Positions 25,771 to 33,127 of a stretch of DNA of 41,075 nucleotides are shown here, piece by piece. The DNA is taken from the NCBI GenBank assembly GCA_964555905.1, contig CAZKUI010000002.1, forward strand, positions 1-41,075. Reading direction: 5' to 3'. This DNA comes from an uncultured Candidatus Bathyarchaeia archaeon. GTDB taxonomy: Archaea; Thermoproteota; Bathyarchaeia; EX4484-135; B24-G1. The first letter of the stretch is position 1. The number at the start of each line of letters is the position of its first letter. A program made the translations under genes and the position numbers. The notes under the pieces were generated by a model. That model was not told where the DNA came from and made no database searches. It worked only from the letters and a program-made list of their open reading frames with translations.

Positions 25771-26598
25771 TTATCTTATTACTTCTTCAACCTCCTTGTA
25801 CCACTTTCTTGACGTCCCAATTTTCGCCCTCATCTTCCACTTCATCGTCTTCGGCTCCTTATCGATGTAATCCAGTAGCTCGTTTACACGGTTTTTCACA
25901 CGTTTAACGATATCCTCCGGAAGCTTATACATCCCTATAAACTCGTCTCTCAGCCTCTTTAGGTTCGTGGTTGCTGTGTACCAGAATCCCCAGTCTTTTG
26001 CAAGTAGCTTCGCTATGTACTTCGCGTTTATTGTATCCTTATCGGTTTCTCCGACCGGATGCTCATTAAAGAGGACGATTAGATCTTTCACATCCTTCTC
26101 GTTTAACTTTACGATTTGAAGCTTTTCTAATACGATGTCCGCAAGTGGTATTGTTGGATGGTCTACCTCCAGTCTACCTTTGAAGTTTATCGTGTGGCAC
26201 ATATCCAGCTTGTCGTAAAAGACATCCGCGATTCTATTGTTATAATTATCGTGGAATATGTCCCTGTTTTCCGCTATGCGCGCAACTGCCTCATCTAAAA
26301 CGTAGTTTAAATCTGCGAATAGTTTGCGAACATCCCTCGTATATTTTGTATACGTCATGAAATCCAGGTCTGTGAGCTGCCTATTTAGGATTTCGACGTG
26401 GAGTTTTAGGGAGCCCGGCGAGTGGATGCGAACCGCCGCCGCGCCCATTAGCCTTAGGGGTATCCCACGTTCGTCTGCGACGCTTATGATTCTCTTCGCC
26501 TCCTCTATGAAGTCCGCCTTTGGACGCCCATACCCGCTCATCGCCAACCCAAACAACAGATTAGCACTGAATGAAAAATAAGAGTTGCGGGCGTCCAT
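25771..26598 (-). CDS. Nucleotidyltransferase-fold protein (DUF2204/AbiEii-like), orphan
   Basis: RLMGAAAVRIHSPGS...LTDLDFM resembles the pol-beta NTase G-[SA] ... D-x-D layout. The gene has markedly lower GC than its neighbours. The start is uncertain: 26598 (MDARN) or 26541 (MSGYG). The longer ORF to 26778 would overlap the divergent neighbour. Confidence 0.45.
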   Translation of the reverse strand: MDARNSYFSFSANLLFGLAMSGYGRPKADFIEEAKRIISVADERGIPLRLMGAAAVRIHSPGSLKLHVEILNRQLTDLDFMTYTKYTRDVRKLFADLNYVLDEAVARIAENRDIFHDNYNNRIADVFYDKLDMCHTINFKGRLEVDHPTIPLADIVLEKLQIVKLNEKDVKDLIVLFNEHPVGETDKDTINAKYIAKLLAKDWGFWYTATTNLKRLRDEFIGMYKLPEDIVKRVKNRVNELLDYIDKEPKTMKWKMRAKIGTSRKWYKEVEEVIR

Positions 26599-26701
26599 GC
26601 GTCGACTAATTGGAATTCCACCCAGCTCGTATTGTCCCACCGCTAATGTTAAAAGTACCCACCAATTTGACATAGGATATGTGAACTGTGGAGGGGATGC
26701 G

Positions 26702-28141
26702 ATGGACTTACGGATATGGAGACATCCAATTCTCGAATTTAGGCGTGGAAGACCCCTCCGCATATACTTGGAGGGCAAGGAAATAAAAGCCTACGAAGGA
26801 GAGACGGTCGCCGCTGCATTATACGCATCAGGCGTAAAGGTTTATTCCAGGAGTGTGAAGCGCGGGAGGCCGAGGGGTTTCTTCTGTGGAATTGGGAAGT
26901 GCTCCTCTTGCCTCATGCGTGTAGACGGGATTCCCCATACTAGGATATGCATCACACCCGTTAGGGATGGAATGAAAATAGAATATGAGGAGGGACGCGG
27001 GGAACCTCCCACCGGAGAAGACGTGAAGGTAGAGAGGGAGGACCTAAATGCGGATTTATTGGTTGTAGGTGGGGGGCCAGCTGGCCTATCAGCGGCGATC
27101 ACCGCCTCAAAACTTGGTTTAGAGACGGTAGTTGTGGATGAAAATCCCAGGCCAGGCGGGCAGCTCATAAAGCAGACTCATAAGTTTTTCGGCTCAAAGG
27201 AGAACTATGCAGGGATTAGAGGCGTAGAAATAGCGGAAATACTGCTAAGGGAACTTAAGGGTGCAAATGCGAGGTGGATAACGAATGCAAGCGTCATAGG
27301 CCGGTATGAGGGAAAGGGCCATGTACTCGCAGCGGTTCAGGGAGGAAGAAAGCTCATAAGGATAGAGGCAAGGGCGGTGGTTGTAGCAACCGGGGCCCAG
27401 GAGAACATGCTACTCTTCCCAAACAACGACCTCCCAGGCGTCTACGGCGCTGGAGGAGTTCAAACGCTCATGAACGTTTATGGTGTAAAACCCGGGAACT
27501 CGGCGCTTATCGTTGGAGCTGGGAACGTTGGACTCATCGTCGGATACCAGTTGATTCAGGCTGGTGTGGACGTGAAGATGGTTGTGGAGGCGATGCCGAA
27601 GATAGGTGGGTACCTCGTCCATGCATCAAAGCTGAGGAGGCTTGGAGTTCCGATACTCACAAGGCACTCGATTAAGGAGGCCATCGGAAAAGAGCATGTT
27701 GAAGGTGCAGTAATAACGAAACTGGATGAGAATTGGAACCCGATAGAGGGGACGGAGCAGGAGTTAGAGGTAGACCTGATATGCCTCGCCGTCGGATTAA
27801 CACCCTCGTCTGAGCTATTATTCCAAGCTGGATGTAGACACGCTTATATACCAGAACTCGGTGGTCAAGTAGCCATTCATAATAGAGACCTAAGGACGAC
27901 CCTGGAGGGTATGTACGTTGCGGGAGATGCATCGGGAATTGAGGAGGCGAGTACGGCGATGATGGAGGGGAGGATAGCCGGAGCGGATGTCGCGCTCGAA
28001 CTTGGAGCAAAAGCCGAGGAGGCTGAGAAAATTAAGGAGGAATCCCATAGGCATTTGAGGGCCTTGAGGGAAAGCCCCTTCAGTGTTAGGGTTTTGAAGG
28101 GTAAGGAGAAGGTTTGGAAGCTATGGGGTGAGTGCGCATGA
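26702..28141 (+). CDS. Heteromeric amino-acid dehydrogenase alpha-like subunit (N-terminal 2Fe-2S domain plus FAD/NAD pyridine nucleotide-disulfide oxidoreductase)
   Basis: IYLEGKEIKAYEGETVAAAL...FCGIGKCSSCLMRVDG is a sarcosine-oxidase-alpha/HcnA-like 2Fe-2S module. It is followed by VVGGGPAGLSAA, IVGAGNVGL and YVAGDASG. ATG at 26702 is preferred over the upstream ORF start at 26585. Confidence 0.75.
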   Translation: MDLRIWRHPILEFRRGRPLRIYLEGKEIKAYEGETVAAALYASGVKVYSRSVKRGRPRGFFCGIGKCSSCLMRVDGIPHTRICITPVRDGMKIEYEEGRGEPPTGEDVKVEREDLNADLLVVGGGPAGLSAAITASKLGLETVVVDENPRPGGQLIKQTHKFFGSKENYAGIRGVEIAEILLRELKGANARWITNASVIGRYEGKGHVLAAVQGGRKLIRIEARAVVVATGAQENMLLFPNNDLPGVYGAGGVQTLMNVYGVKPGNSALIVGAGNVGLIVGYQLIQAGVDVKMVVEAMPKIGGYLVHASKLRRLGVPILTRHSIKEAIGKEHVEGAVITKLDENWNPIEGTEQELEVDLICLAVGLTPSSELLFQAGCRHAYIPELGGQVAIHNRDLRTTLEGMYVAGDASGIEEASTAMMEGRIAGADVALELGAKAEEAEKIKEESHRHLRALRESPFSVRVLKGKEKVWKLWGECA

Positions 28142-28623
28142 GTTATGAGGAGACAGGCGTCCTGACCGAGGATGAGATAAGGAAGATATTGCCGCCGAGA
28201 GAAAGACTTGAGAGGGGGCCGGTCGCCATAATTGAGTGCGTGCAACCAATACCGTGCAATCCATGTGTTGAGGCGTGTAAGGCGGGTGCAATCACGAAGA
28301 AGTCCCTCGCAGACCCCCCAAAGTTAGACTACGAAAAGTGCACGGGATGCGGGGAGTGCATCGCGATATGCCCCGGGCTGGCGATATTCGTCGTCCACCT
28401 AAACTTCAAGGAGGGAAGGTCCCTAGTTATGATACCCTACGAGATGCTCCCGGAGCCAGAGAGGGGAGGCATTTACGAGGCGCTGGATAGGGAGGGAAAA
28501 CCGATAGGGGAAGCGAGGGTTATAGCTGTGAGGAGGAAGCCGGGAAAGACGCTTATAGTATCCCTCGAGGTGGATAGGGATATAGCTATGAGCGTAAGGA
28601 ACATTGGGAGGCGTTTAAGGTGA
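28132..28623 (+). CDS. 4Fe-4S ferredoxin-like subunit (gamma-like)
   Basis: It contains CNPCVEAC and CTGCGECIAICP. ATG at 28138 overlaps the alpha stop codon as ATGA, so the two are translationally coupled. Confidence 0.7.
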   Translation: MRMSYEETGVLTEDEIRKILPPRERLERGPVAIIECVQPIPCNPCVEACKAGAITKKSLADPPKLDYEKCTGCGECIAICPGLAIFVVHLNFKEGRSLVMIPYEMLPEPERGGIYEALDREGKPIGEARVIAVRRKPGKTLIVSLEVDRDIAMSVRNIGRRLR

Positions 28624-28907
28624 GTGGGGAGAAGAGGAGAATTACAGTCTGCAGATGCGAGGACATAACGCTTGAGGAGATCGAGGATGCAATAAATAAG
28701 GGTTTCACAACCCTAGAAGACCTGAAGCACCTGCTGAAATGCGGGATGGGGCCCTGTCAGGGTAGAACGTGCATGAGGCTCATAGCGAGGATACTAGCGC
28801 GGAAGACCGGGAGGAGAATGGAGGAGCTTAAGTTTCCCAGGGCTCGACCCCCAATCAGGCCCGTCCCACTTGCGGTGTTTACAGCCGAGAAACGGAGTGA
28901 AGGTTAG
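28620..28907 (+). CDS. BFD-like [2Fe-2S]-binding small subunit (delta-like)
   Basis: VCRCEDITLEEIEDAI...CGMGPCQGRTC is the BFD-like 2Fe-2S motif. Its start overlaps the preceding stop codon as GTGA. Confidence 0.7.
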   Translation: MSGEKRRITVCRCEDITLEEIEDAINKGFTTLEDLKHLLKCGMGPCQGRTCMRLIARILARKTGRRMEELKFPRARPPIRPVPLAVFTAEKRSEG

Positions 28908-28910
28908 GTC

Positions 28911-30125
28911 TCACCCAATCACCATCGTCTCTCGTATCAATCTTTTTTCTTCGAACCTCGTCGGCAGGTATGGCTCCATCAGCCTGTCTACCTCGTCATA
29001 GAGTACGTTCCTCGCCATTAATTCCCCAGCTAGCGGCGCCATCATGAATCCATGGCCACTAAATCCGGTTGCCACGTACAGGCCTGCCGGCCAATCTGGA
29101 TGCCTACCAAGTATGTGGCTATGGTCGGGGGTCATCGTATAATAGCCAGACCAGCTCCTCAGTAGCATCAACCGCCTAACAGTTGGAACTACCTTAGAGA
29201 CCTCCCTCGCCCAAGTTGTAATCCAGTCCAGCGTATTAGTAAGCGGAACTACACCCTCCACCTTCGGATAATCCACGCTTCCCAGGATTTCGCCCCTAAC
29301 CATCTGCCCGACGTATATTCCACTTTTCAGACTTATTATGAGGGGGTCCATGAAGTAGCCGATTGGCTCCGTGACGCCTATCTCTTTCCTCTCCGGAACT
29401 ATAGGGAGCTCAATCCCTGCCGTTCTCAGCAGCTCGTTTGTCCACCCACCAGCCGCCACCAAGACCTTGCCAGCCTCTACGAACCCAGCGTCGCTTTGAA
29501 CCCCAACCACCCTGCCTCCCTCAACTACGATCTTCTCAGCCTTTGTATACGCGAGAACGCGGACTCCAAGCCTCTCAGCCTCCTTATAATACGCGAGTGA
29601 TATGGCGTTCGGGTTCATCTTCCCATCTTGGGGCCCATAGAAACCGGCGATCACCCCGTCTACGTTCACATACGGAAATCTCTCCGAGATCTCATCCGGA
29701 GTTAGAATTTGACCTGGAACTCCAAGCCTACTCCAGAGTTCACTATTACTTTTTTCATACGCCTTTAGGTGTTCTTCCTCGTATATGAGCCATAGATATC
29801 CACCACGCCTGATTTCAGCATCCCACTCCATCTTCGAGGAGAAGTCCATCAGCCTCTTGTTAGCTTCGACCGCAAATTTCGCATTCTCCGGGGCCCAGAA
29901 ATGAACCCTAAAGTGACCCGCATTCCTGGTGCTTGAACCGTAAGCTACCCTACCCTGTTCCAGTATTATTACGTCTCTCTCCCCGAGGAGCGCCATATTA
30001 TAAGCGGTTGTAAGCCCTATAATTCCACTCCCAACAATCACGACGCTCGCCTTCAACCTAGGGTCGCCTCCCTTCCCACCTTCAGCCACCAAACCTATAT
30101 AATTTATTTCCTGCCATCCTCCCAT
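28911..30125 (-). CDS. FAD-dependent oxidoreductase, DAO family (proline/sarcosine/D-amino-acid dehydrogenase beta-like subunit)
   Basis: It has the dinucleotide fold VVIVGSGIIGLTTAYN and the C-terminal GFSGHGFMMAP. It is convergent with the alpha-gamma-delta genes, with a 3-nt gap. The start at 30125 (MGGWQ) is preferred. The ORF can extend to 30239 but would then abut tRNA-Glu. Confidence 0.75.
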   Translation of the reverse strand: MGGWQEINYIGLVAEGGKGGDPRLKASVVIVGSGIIGLTTAYNMALLGERDVIILEQGRVAYGSSTRNAGHFRVHFWAPENAKFAVEANKRLMDFSSKMEWDAEIRRGGYLWLIYEEEHLKAYEKSNSELWSRLGVPGQILTPDEISERFPYVNVDGVIAGFYGPQDGKMNPNAISLAYYKEAERLGVRVLAYTKAEKIVVEGGRVVGVQSDAGFVEAGKVLVAAGGWTNELLRTAGIELPIVPERKEIGVTEPIGYFMDPLIISLKSGIYVGQMVRGEILGSVDYPKVEGVVPLTNTLDWITTWAREVSKVVPTVRRLMLLRSWSGYYTMTPDHSHILGRHPDWPAGLYVATGFSGHGFMMAPLAGELMARNVLYDEVDRLMEPYLPTRFEEKRLIRETMVIG

Positions 30126-30266
30126 AGACCTCCCCCAGAACCCCACGTATCTCCCAGAGCGTTGCGTAGACATTCGCCGCACCCAAAATTCGCAGATTTT
30201 GAGAGCGCCTGATAACTCGGAGACCCCAGAGAGCCTCAAATCTAGCTTCTTTCGCTGTGGGTGTGG

Positions 30267-30341
30267 TGCTCCGGCCGGGATTTGAACCCGGGTCTCCGGC
30301 TCGAAAGGCCGGAATACTTGGCCTGGCTATACTACCGGAGC
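30267..30341 (-). tRNA. tRNA-Glu (anticodon TTC), CCA encoded at 30264-30266
   Basis: The reverse complement is GCTCCGG...CCGGC-CTTTCGA-GCCGG...CCGGG-TTCAAAT-CCCGG-CCGGAGC-A. Length 75 nt. Confidence 0.88.
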
Positions 30342-30396
30342 TTCCTTTATGTCTTAGGTGGGTTTACATAAATAGGTATTGCCTTTACCGAGTTGG

Positions 30397-30470
30397 TGGG
30401 CCGGGCAGGATTTGAACCTGCGACCTTCGCCGCGTCAGGGCGACGTCCTAGCCAACTAGACGACCGGCCC
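30397..30470 (-). tRNA. tRNA-Val (anticodon GAC), CCA encoded at 30394-30396
   Basis: The reverse complement is GGGCCGG...TCGCC-CTGACGC-GGCGA...GCAGG-TTCAAAT-CCTGC-CCGGCCC-A. Length 74 nt. Confidence 0.88.
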
Positions 30471-30555
30471 CGCGATTAAAGTTATTGGGTGTGGGTGTAT
30501 ATTAGCTTGGCGGTTTGAGAGCTGGTTTTTTGCTGCATGATTTTGAGGGTGCTGG

Positions 30556-31092
30556 TTATATTTGGGCTGGTTCTGCGATTATTTCGCAGTGTGGGTCCCC
30601 CTTGCCGATGCATTTGACCTCCTTACCCACCATCTTCACGCTTCTTCCCGTGGAGTCCGCTATGTACTGAATTATGCCAGCTATCGCACCACGCCATAGA
30701 TGGCATACCGGCCTCCCGACGTTCCCCCACTCCTCGGCTATGGATGCGTGTATAATCACCCTGGCGGCGAGCTTCTCCTCGTCGTACTCCACTATCTCGA
30801 ATTTCCCCCATCCACGGAAAGACGCGATATCTAGGTACGTCCTTAGTATGGCTCCCTCCTCCACTCCGAACATCCTCGCCTGTTCTCTGGCGAAGTGGTA
30901 TCCCGACTCGAACCCCACCTCGTAGAGGATGGTGGCTGCACCCGCCTCCCCAGTTAATTCCTCTATTGTTTTCTGCATGCGGGCTATGAAGTCTCTGTCT
31001 GTTAGTATCATTGGTACGTCGCCGAAGAGAAGTCTCCCCTTTTCGTCTATCCGTAGACGTCGTAAAACATCTTCTAAGCTCAATTTAAGCAC
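30556..31092 (-). CDS. V4R domain protein (small-molecule-binding, putative sensor)
   Basis: The 178-aa protein has CHLWRGAIAGIIQYI...KEVKCIGKGDPHCEIIAEP, the V4R C-terminal Cys/His signature. Confidence 0.65.
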   Translation of the reverse strand: MLKLSLEDVLRRLRIDEKGRLLFGDVPMILTDRDFIARMQKTIEELTGEAGAATILYEVGFESGYHFAREQARMFGVEEGAILRTYLDIASFRGWGKFEIVEYDEEKLAARVIIHASIAEEWGNVGRPVCHLWRGAIAGIIQYIADSTGRSVKMVGKEVKCIGKGDPHCEIIAEPAQI

Positions 31093-31205
31093 CTGTATAT
31101 AGGTGCTTGAAGCTTGCTGATTAATTTAATTGGTGGGGAAGCCGTGGGAGGTTGAAGGTAAAAATTTTAGATTGGTGGCTATATCGTTTGCTTGGAAGTG
31201 GATTT

Positions 31206-31913
31206 ATGCCCGGCCGGCGGCTGGTGATACCGACCCGCTGCCCCCCTCTAGACCGGCTTCTGGAGGGCGGGTTCCCAGCGGGCTCCCTGTCCCTCGTCTA
31301 CGGGGAGGCTGAAACCGGCAAGACAACGCTGGCCTTGCAGTGCTCGGTGAACTGCGTTAGGATGGGCTTTAAGGCTATATACGTGGATTGTGAGGGGGGT
31401 TTCTCGGTGGAGAGGTTGGCGCAGCTCGCCGCCTTTGACTGGGAGGAGGTCTCCCCATCCATAATCCTGATTCAGCCGACATCCTTCCGGCAGCAGGCTC
31501 ACGTGGTAGACCACCTAGACCAGTACGTAGACGGGAGGGTTGGATTGGTTGTTGTAGACACAATCACCTCCCTTTATAGGGTGGAGCTGGGGGAATCTGA
31601 GAGCGCATTCGCCTTAAACCGCGAGCTAAACAGGCAGATAGCCGCTCTGACACGCCTAGCCAAAGACTTTAAGTTGGTGGTGATGATGACCAGCCAAGTT
31701 CACGGAGTCCCGACCGAAAGGGGGTATGAGGTGTTGCCCGTGGCAACTAGGGTGCTCAAATTCTGGTCTGATATAGTGCTTAGGCTAGAGGCGGCTGGTA
31801 GGGTCCAAGTGAGGAGGGCTGTTCTGGAGAAGCACCCACACCGCCGGGGCAGACTCCTCTGCCACTTCAGGCTGAGCCAAGATGGCATGCGGGGAGTGGA
31901 AGATTGGAGTTAA
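31206..31913 (+). CDS. radB: RadB-like / RadA-paralogue (KaiC-like) recombinase-family ATPase
   Basis: LDRLLEGGFPAGSLSLVYGEAETGKTTLALQ is the Walker A region and LVVVDTITSLYR is Walker B. ATG at 31206 lies about 40 nt downstream of the AAAAATTTTA box. The ORF can extend to 31152. Confidence 0.65.
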   Translation: MPGRRLVIPTRCPPLDRLLEGGFPAGSLSLVYGEAETGKTTLALQCSVNCVRMGFKAIYVDCEGGFSVERLAQLAAFDWEEVSPSIILIQPTSFRQQAHVVDHLDQYVDGRVGLVVVDTITSLYRVELGESESAFALNRELNRQIAALTRLAKDFKLVVMMTSQVHGVPTERGYEVLPVATRVLKFWSDIVLRLEAAGRVQVRRAVLEKHPHRRGRLLCHFRLSQDGMRGVEDWS

Positions 31914-32392
31914 GCACCATACTTTACGAGGTTGCGGACGCCATCTACTACATACTCCCAGCATACGCCGCCAACGCAGCCCCGGTAATATTCGGCGGCG
32001 GACGCCCCATAGACTCGGGGAGGACGTTCCGGGATGGCAGGCCCATCTTCGGGCCGAGGAAGACGTACCGTGGCGCTCTGTCGGGCTTGGTGGCCGGCGG
32101 GCTTGTGGGTGCCGCCCAAGGTAGACCCATACTGGGTTTACTACTAGCGATTGGCGCCGTTCTAGGCGACCTTTCAGGCTCTTTCATGAAGCGCAGGCTG
32201 GGGATGCCCCCGGGCTCGCCCCTCCCTATTATAGACCAGCTCGGCTTCATCGTCGGCGCCTTCCTCTTCTCCCTCCCCGCCGCCCCGCCGACCCTGAGAG
32301 AGGCGGTAATAATCGCCGCGTTAACCCCCCCAATCCACGTTATATGCAACTGGTTTGCATACCTACTCAAGCTAAAGAAAGAGCCTTGGTAA
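31904..32392 (+). CDS. carS: CDP-archaeol synthase (CarS, DUF46 family)
   Basis: The 162-aa membrane protein has LPAYAANAAPVIFGGG, KTYRGALSG and SFMKRRLGMPPGSPLPIIDQL, matching CarS family motifs. It has a TTG start and overlaps the radB-like gene end by 10 nt. Confidence 0.75.
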   Translation: MELSTILYEVADAIYYILPAYAANAAPVIFGGGRPIDSGRTFRDGRPIFGPRKTYRGALSGLVAGGLVGAAQGRPILGLLLAIGAVLGDLSGSFMKRRLGMPPGSPLPIIDQLGFIVGAFLFSLPAAPPTLREAVIIAALTPPIHVICNWFAYLLKLKKEPW

Positions 32393-32394
32393 AC

Positions 32395-32820
32395 CTACCT
32401 TCTAGCCATCCTCAGGTTGATCATCCAAGAGCAGCCTAGATAGGACACTACCAAGAGGAGTATAGCGGTGGCTAACAGGATGAATGCCTGCCTAGGCTTC
32501 CTAGAATACTTGGTGCTCTTATAAGCCAAGACCAGACCCGCCGCTCCGATGAGGTAGAGGCCCATGGCGATGACGCTCTCAACGAGGAACTGCTCAAACA
32601 CGCTATATGGGTGGTAGAATATTATGCGCTGTTGCTCCACCGGAATTAGCGAGACGGGCTTCTCTAGGATGTCGTATACGCCGCCTCCAAATAGGAACAC
32701 CGCGATAGATATGACGATGGCCGATACGAGGGTCTTAGGCGCCTTCAGCGTTCTCATCCTTTTAAATACCTTCCTCAGGTGGTGGGAGAAGGACGAGAAT
32801 GCCCTACCCAACTTGGGCAT
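32395..32820 (-). CDS. Small 3-TM membrane protein resembling the OSTC/DC2 - Ost3/6 TM module
   Basis: The 141-aa protein has three hydrophobic helices. FGGGVYDILEKPVS follows TM1 and EQFLVESVIAMGLYLIGAAG sits at TM2, paralleling human OSTC (recalled from memory). See findings. Confidence 0.4.
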   Translation of the reverse strand: MPKLGRAFSSFSHHLRKVFKRMRTLKAPKTLVSAIVISIAVFLFGGGVYDILEKPVSLIPVEQQRIIFYHPYSVFEQFLVESVIAMGLYLIGAAGLVLAYKSTKYSRKPRQAFILLATAILLLVVSYLGCSWMINLRMARR

Positions 32821-32833
32821 CTAACGCCACCAC

Positions 32834-32867
32834 TTAACCCTAACACCGATTCCCATTTAACCCTAAC
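32834..32867. promoter_or_regulatory. Two direct copies of TTAACCCTAAC spaced 23 nt apart in a divergent promoter region
   Basis: The copies are at 32834-32844 and 32857-32867, between the minus-strand gene start at 32820 and the plus-strand start at 32909. Confidence 0.4.
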
Positions 32868-32908
32868 TCCCAACATTTATTAGAAACGTGGGGCTATAAT
32901 ACTCTAGC

Positions 32909-33127
32909 ATGCCGCAACGAATCATCTGCAAGGAATGCGGTTACGTTTTATATGAGGGGTTGGAGTTGAAGACCCCAGATGAAATACTCCAACTTCATAA
33001 TGAAAGATGCCCAAAATGCGGGAAAAAACTTTCGTTAACCCCTGTAATGGTGGAAATTAGCCGATACGACATCAAAAACCCGGACAAAAAAGTTAAAAAT
33101 ATGCATGGATTAATACTCAAAGTTTGA
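32909..33127 (+). CDS. Small zinc-ribbon protein (72 aa)
   Basis: CKECG...CPKCG forms a single 4-Cys ribbon. Its stop codon overlaps the gcvT ATG (TGATG), implying co-translation with gcvT. Confidence 0.5.
   Translation: MPQRIICKECGYVLYEGLELKTPDEILQLHNERCPKCGKKLSLTPVMVEISRYDIKNPDKKVKNMHGLILKV

Noticed and set aside
17909-26598. An integrated mobile element or genomic island anchored at tRNA-Leu.
   Set aside because: I saw no integrase or recombinase, no duplicated tRNA 3' segment (att-like direct repeat), and housekeeping alaX lies inside the block. Compositional variation alone is insufficient.
26585-26778. Mutually overlapping N-terminal extensions of the divergent ORFs 25771-26778 (minus) and 26585-28141 (plus).
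   Set aside because: Both extensions lack conserved sequence and would overlap by about 190 nt. Internal starts (26598 or 26541, and 26702) give family-typical N-termini and leave a promoter spacer.
30126-30239. A 38-aa N-terminal extension of the DAO-family beta-like subunit.
   Set aside because: The extension has no similarity to the family, which normally starts shortly before the GxGxxG fold. It would also place the start 25 nt from tRNA-Glu, leaving no promoter space.
32834-32867. CCCTAA-containing repeats resembling telomeric repeats.
   Set aside because: There are only two copies, embedded in a normal promoter spacer of an archaeal (circular-type) gene-dense region. I treat them as a possible regulator site instead.
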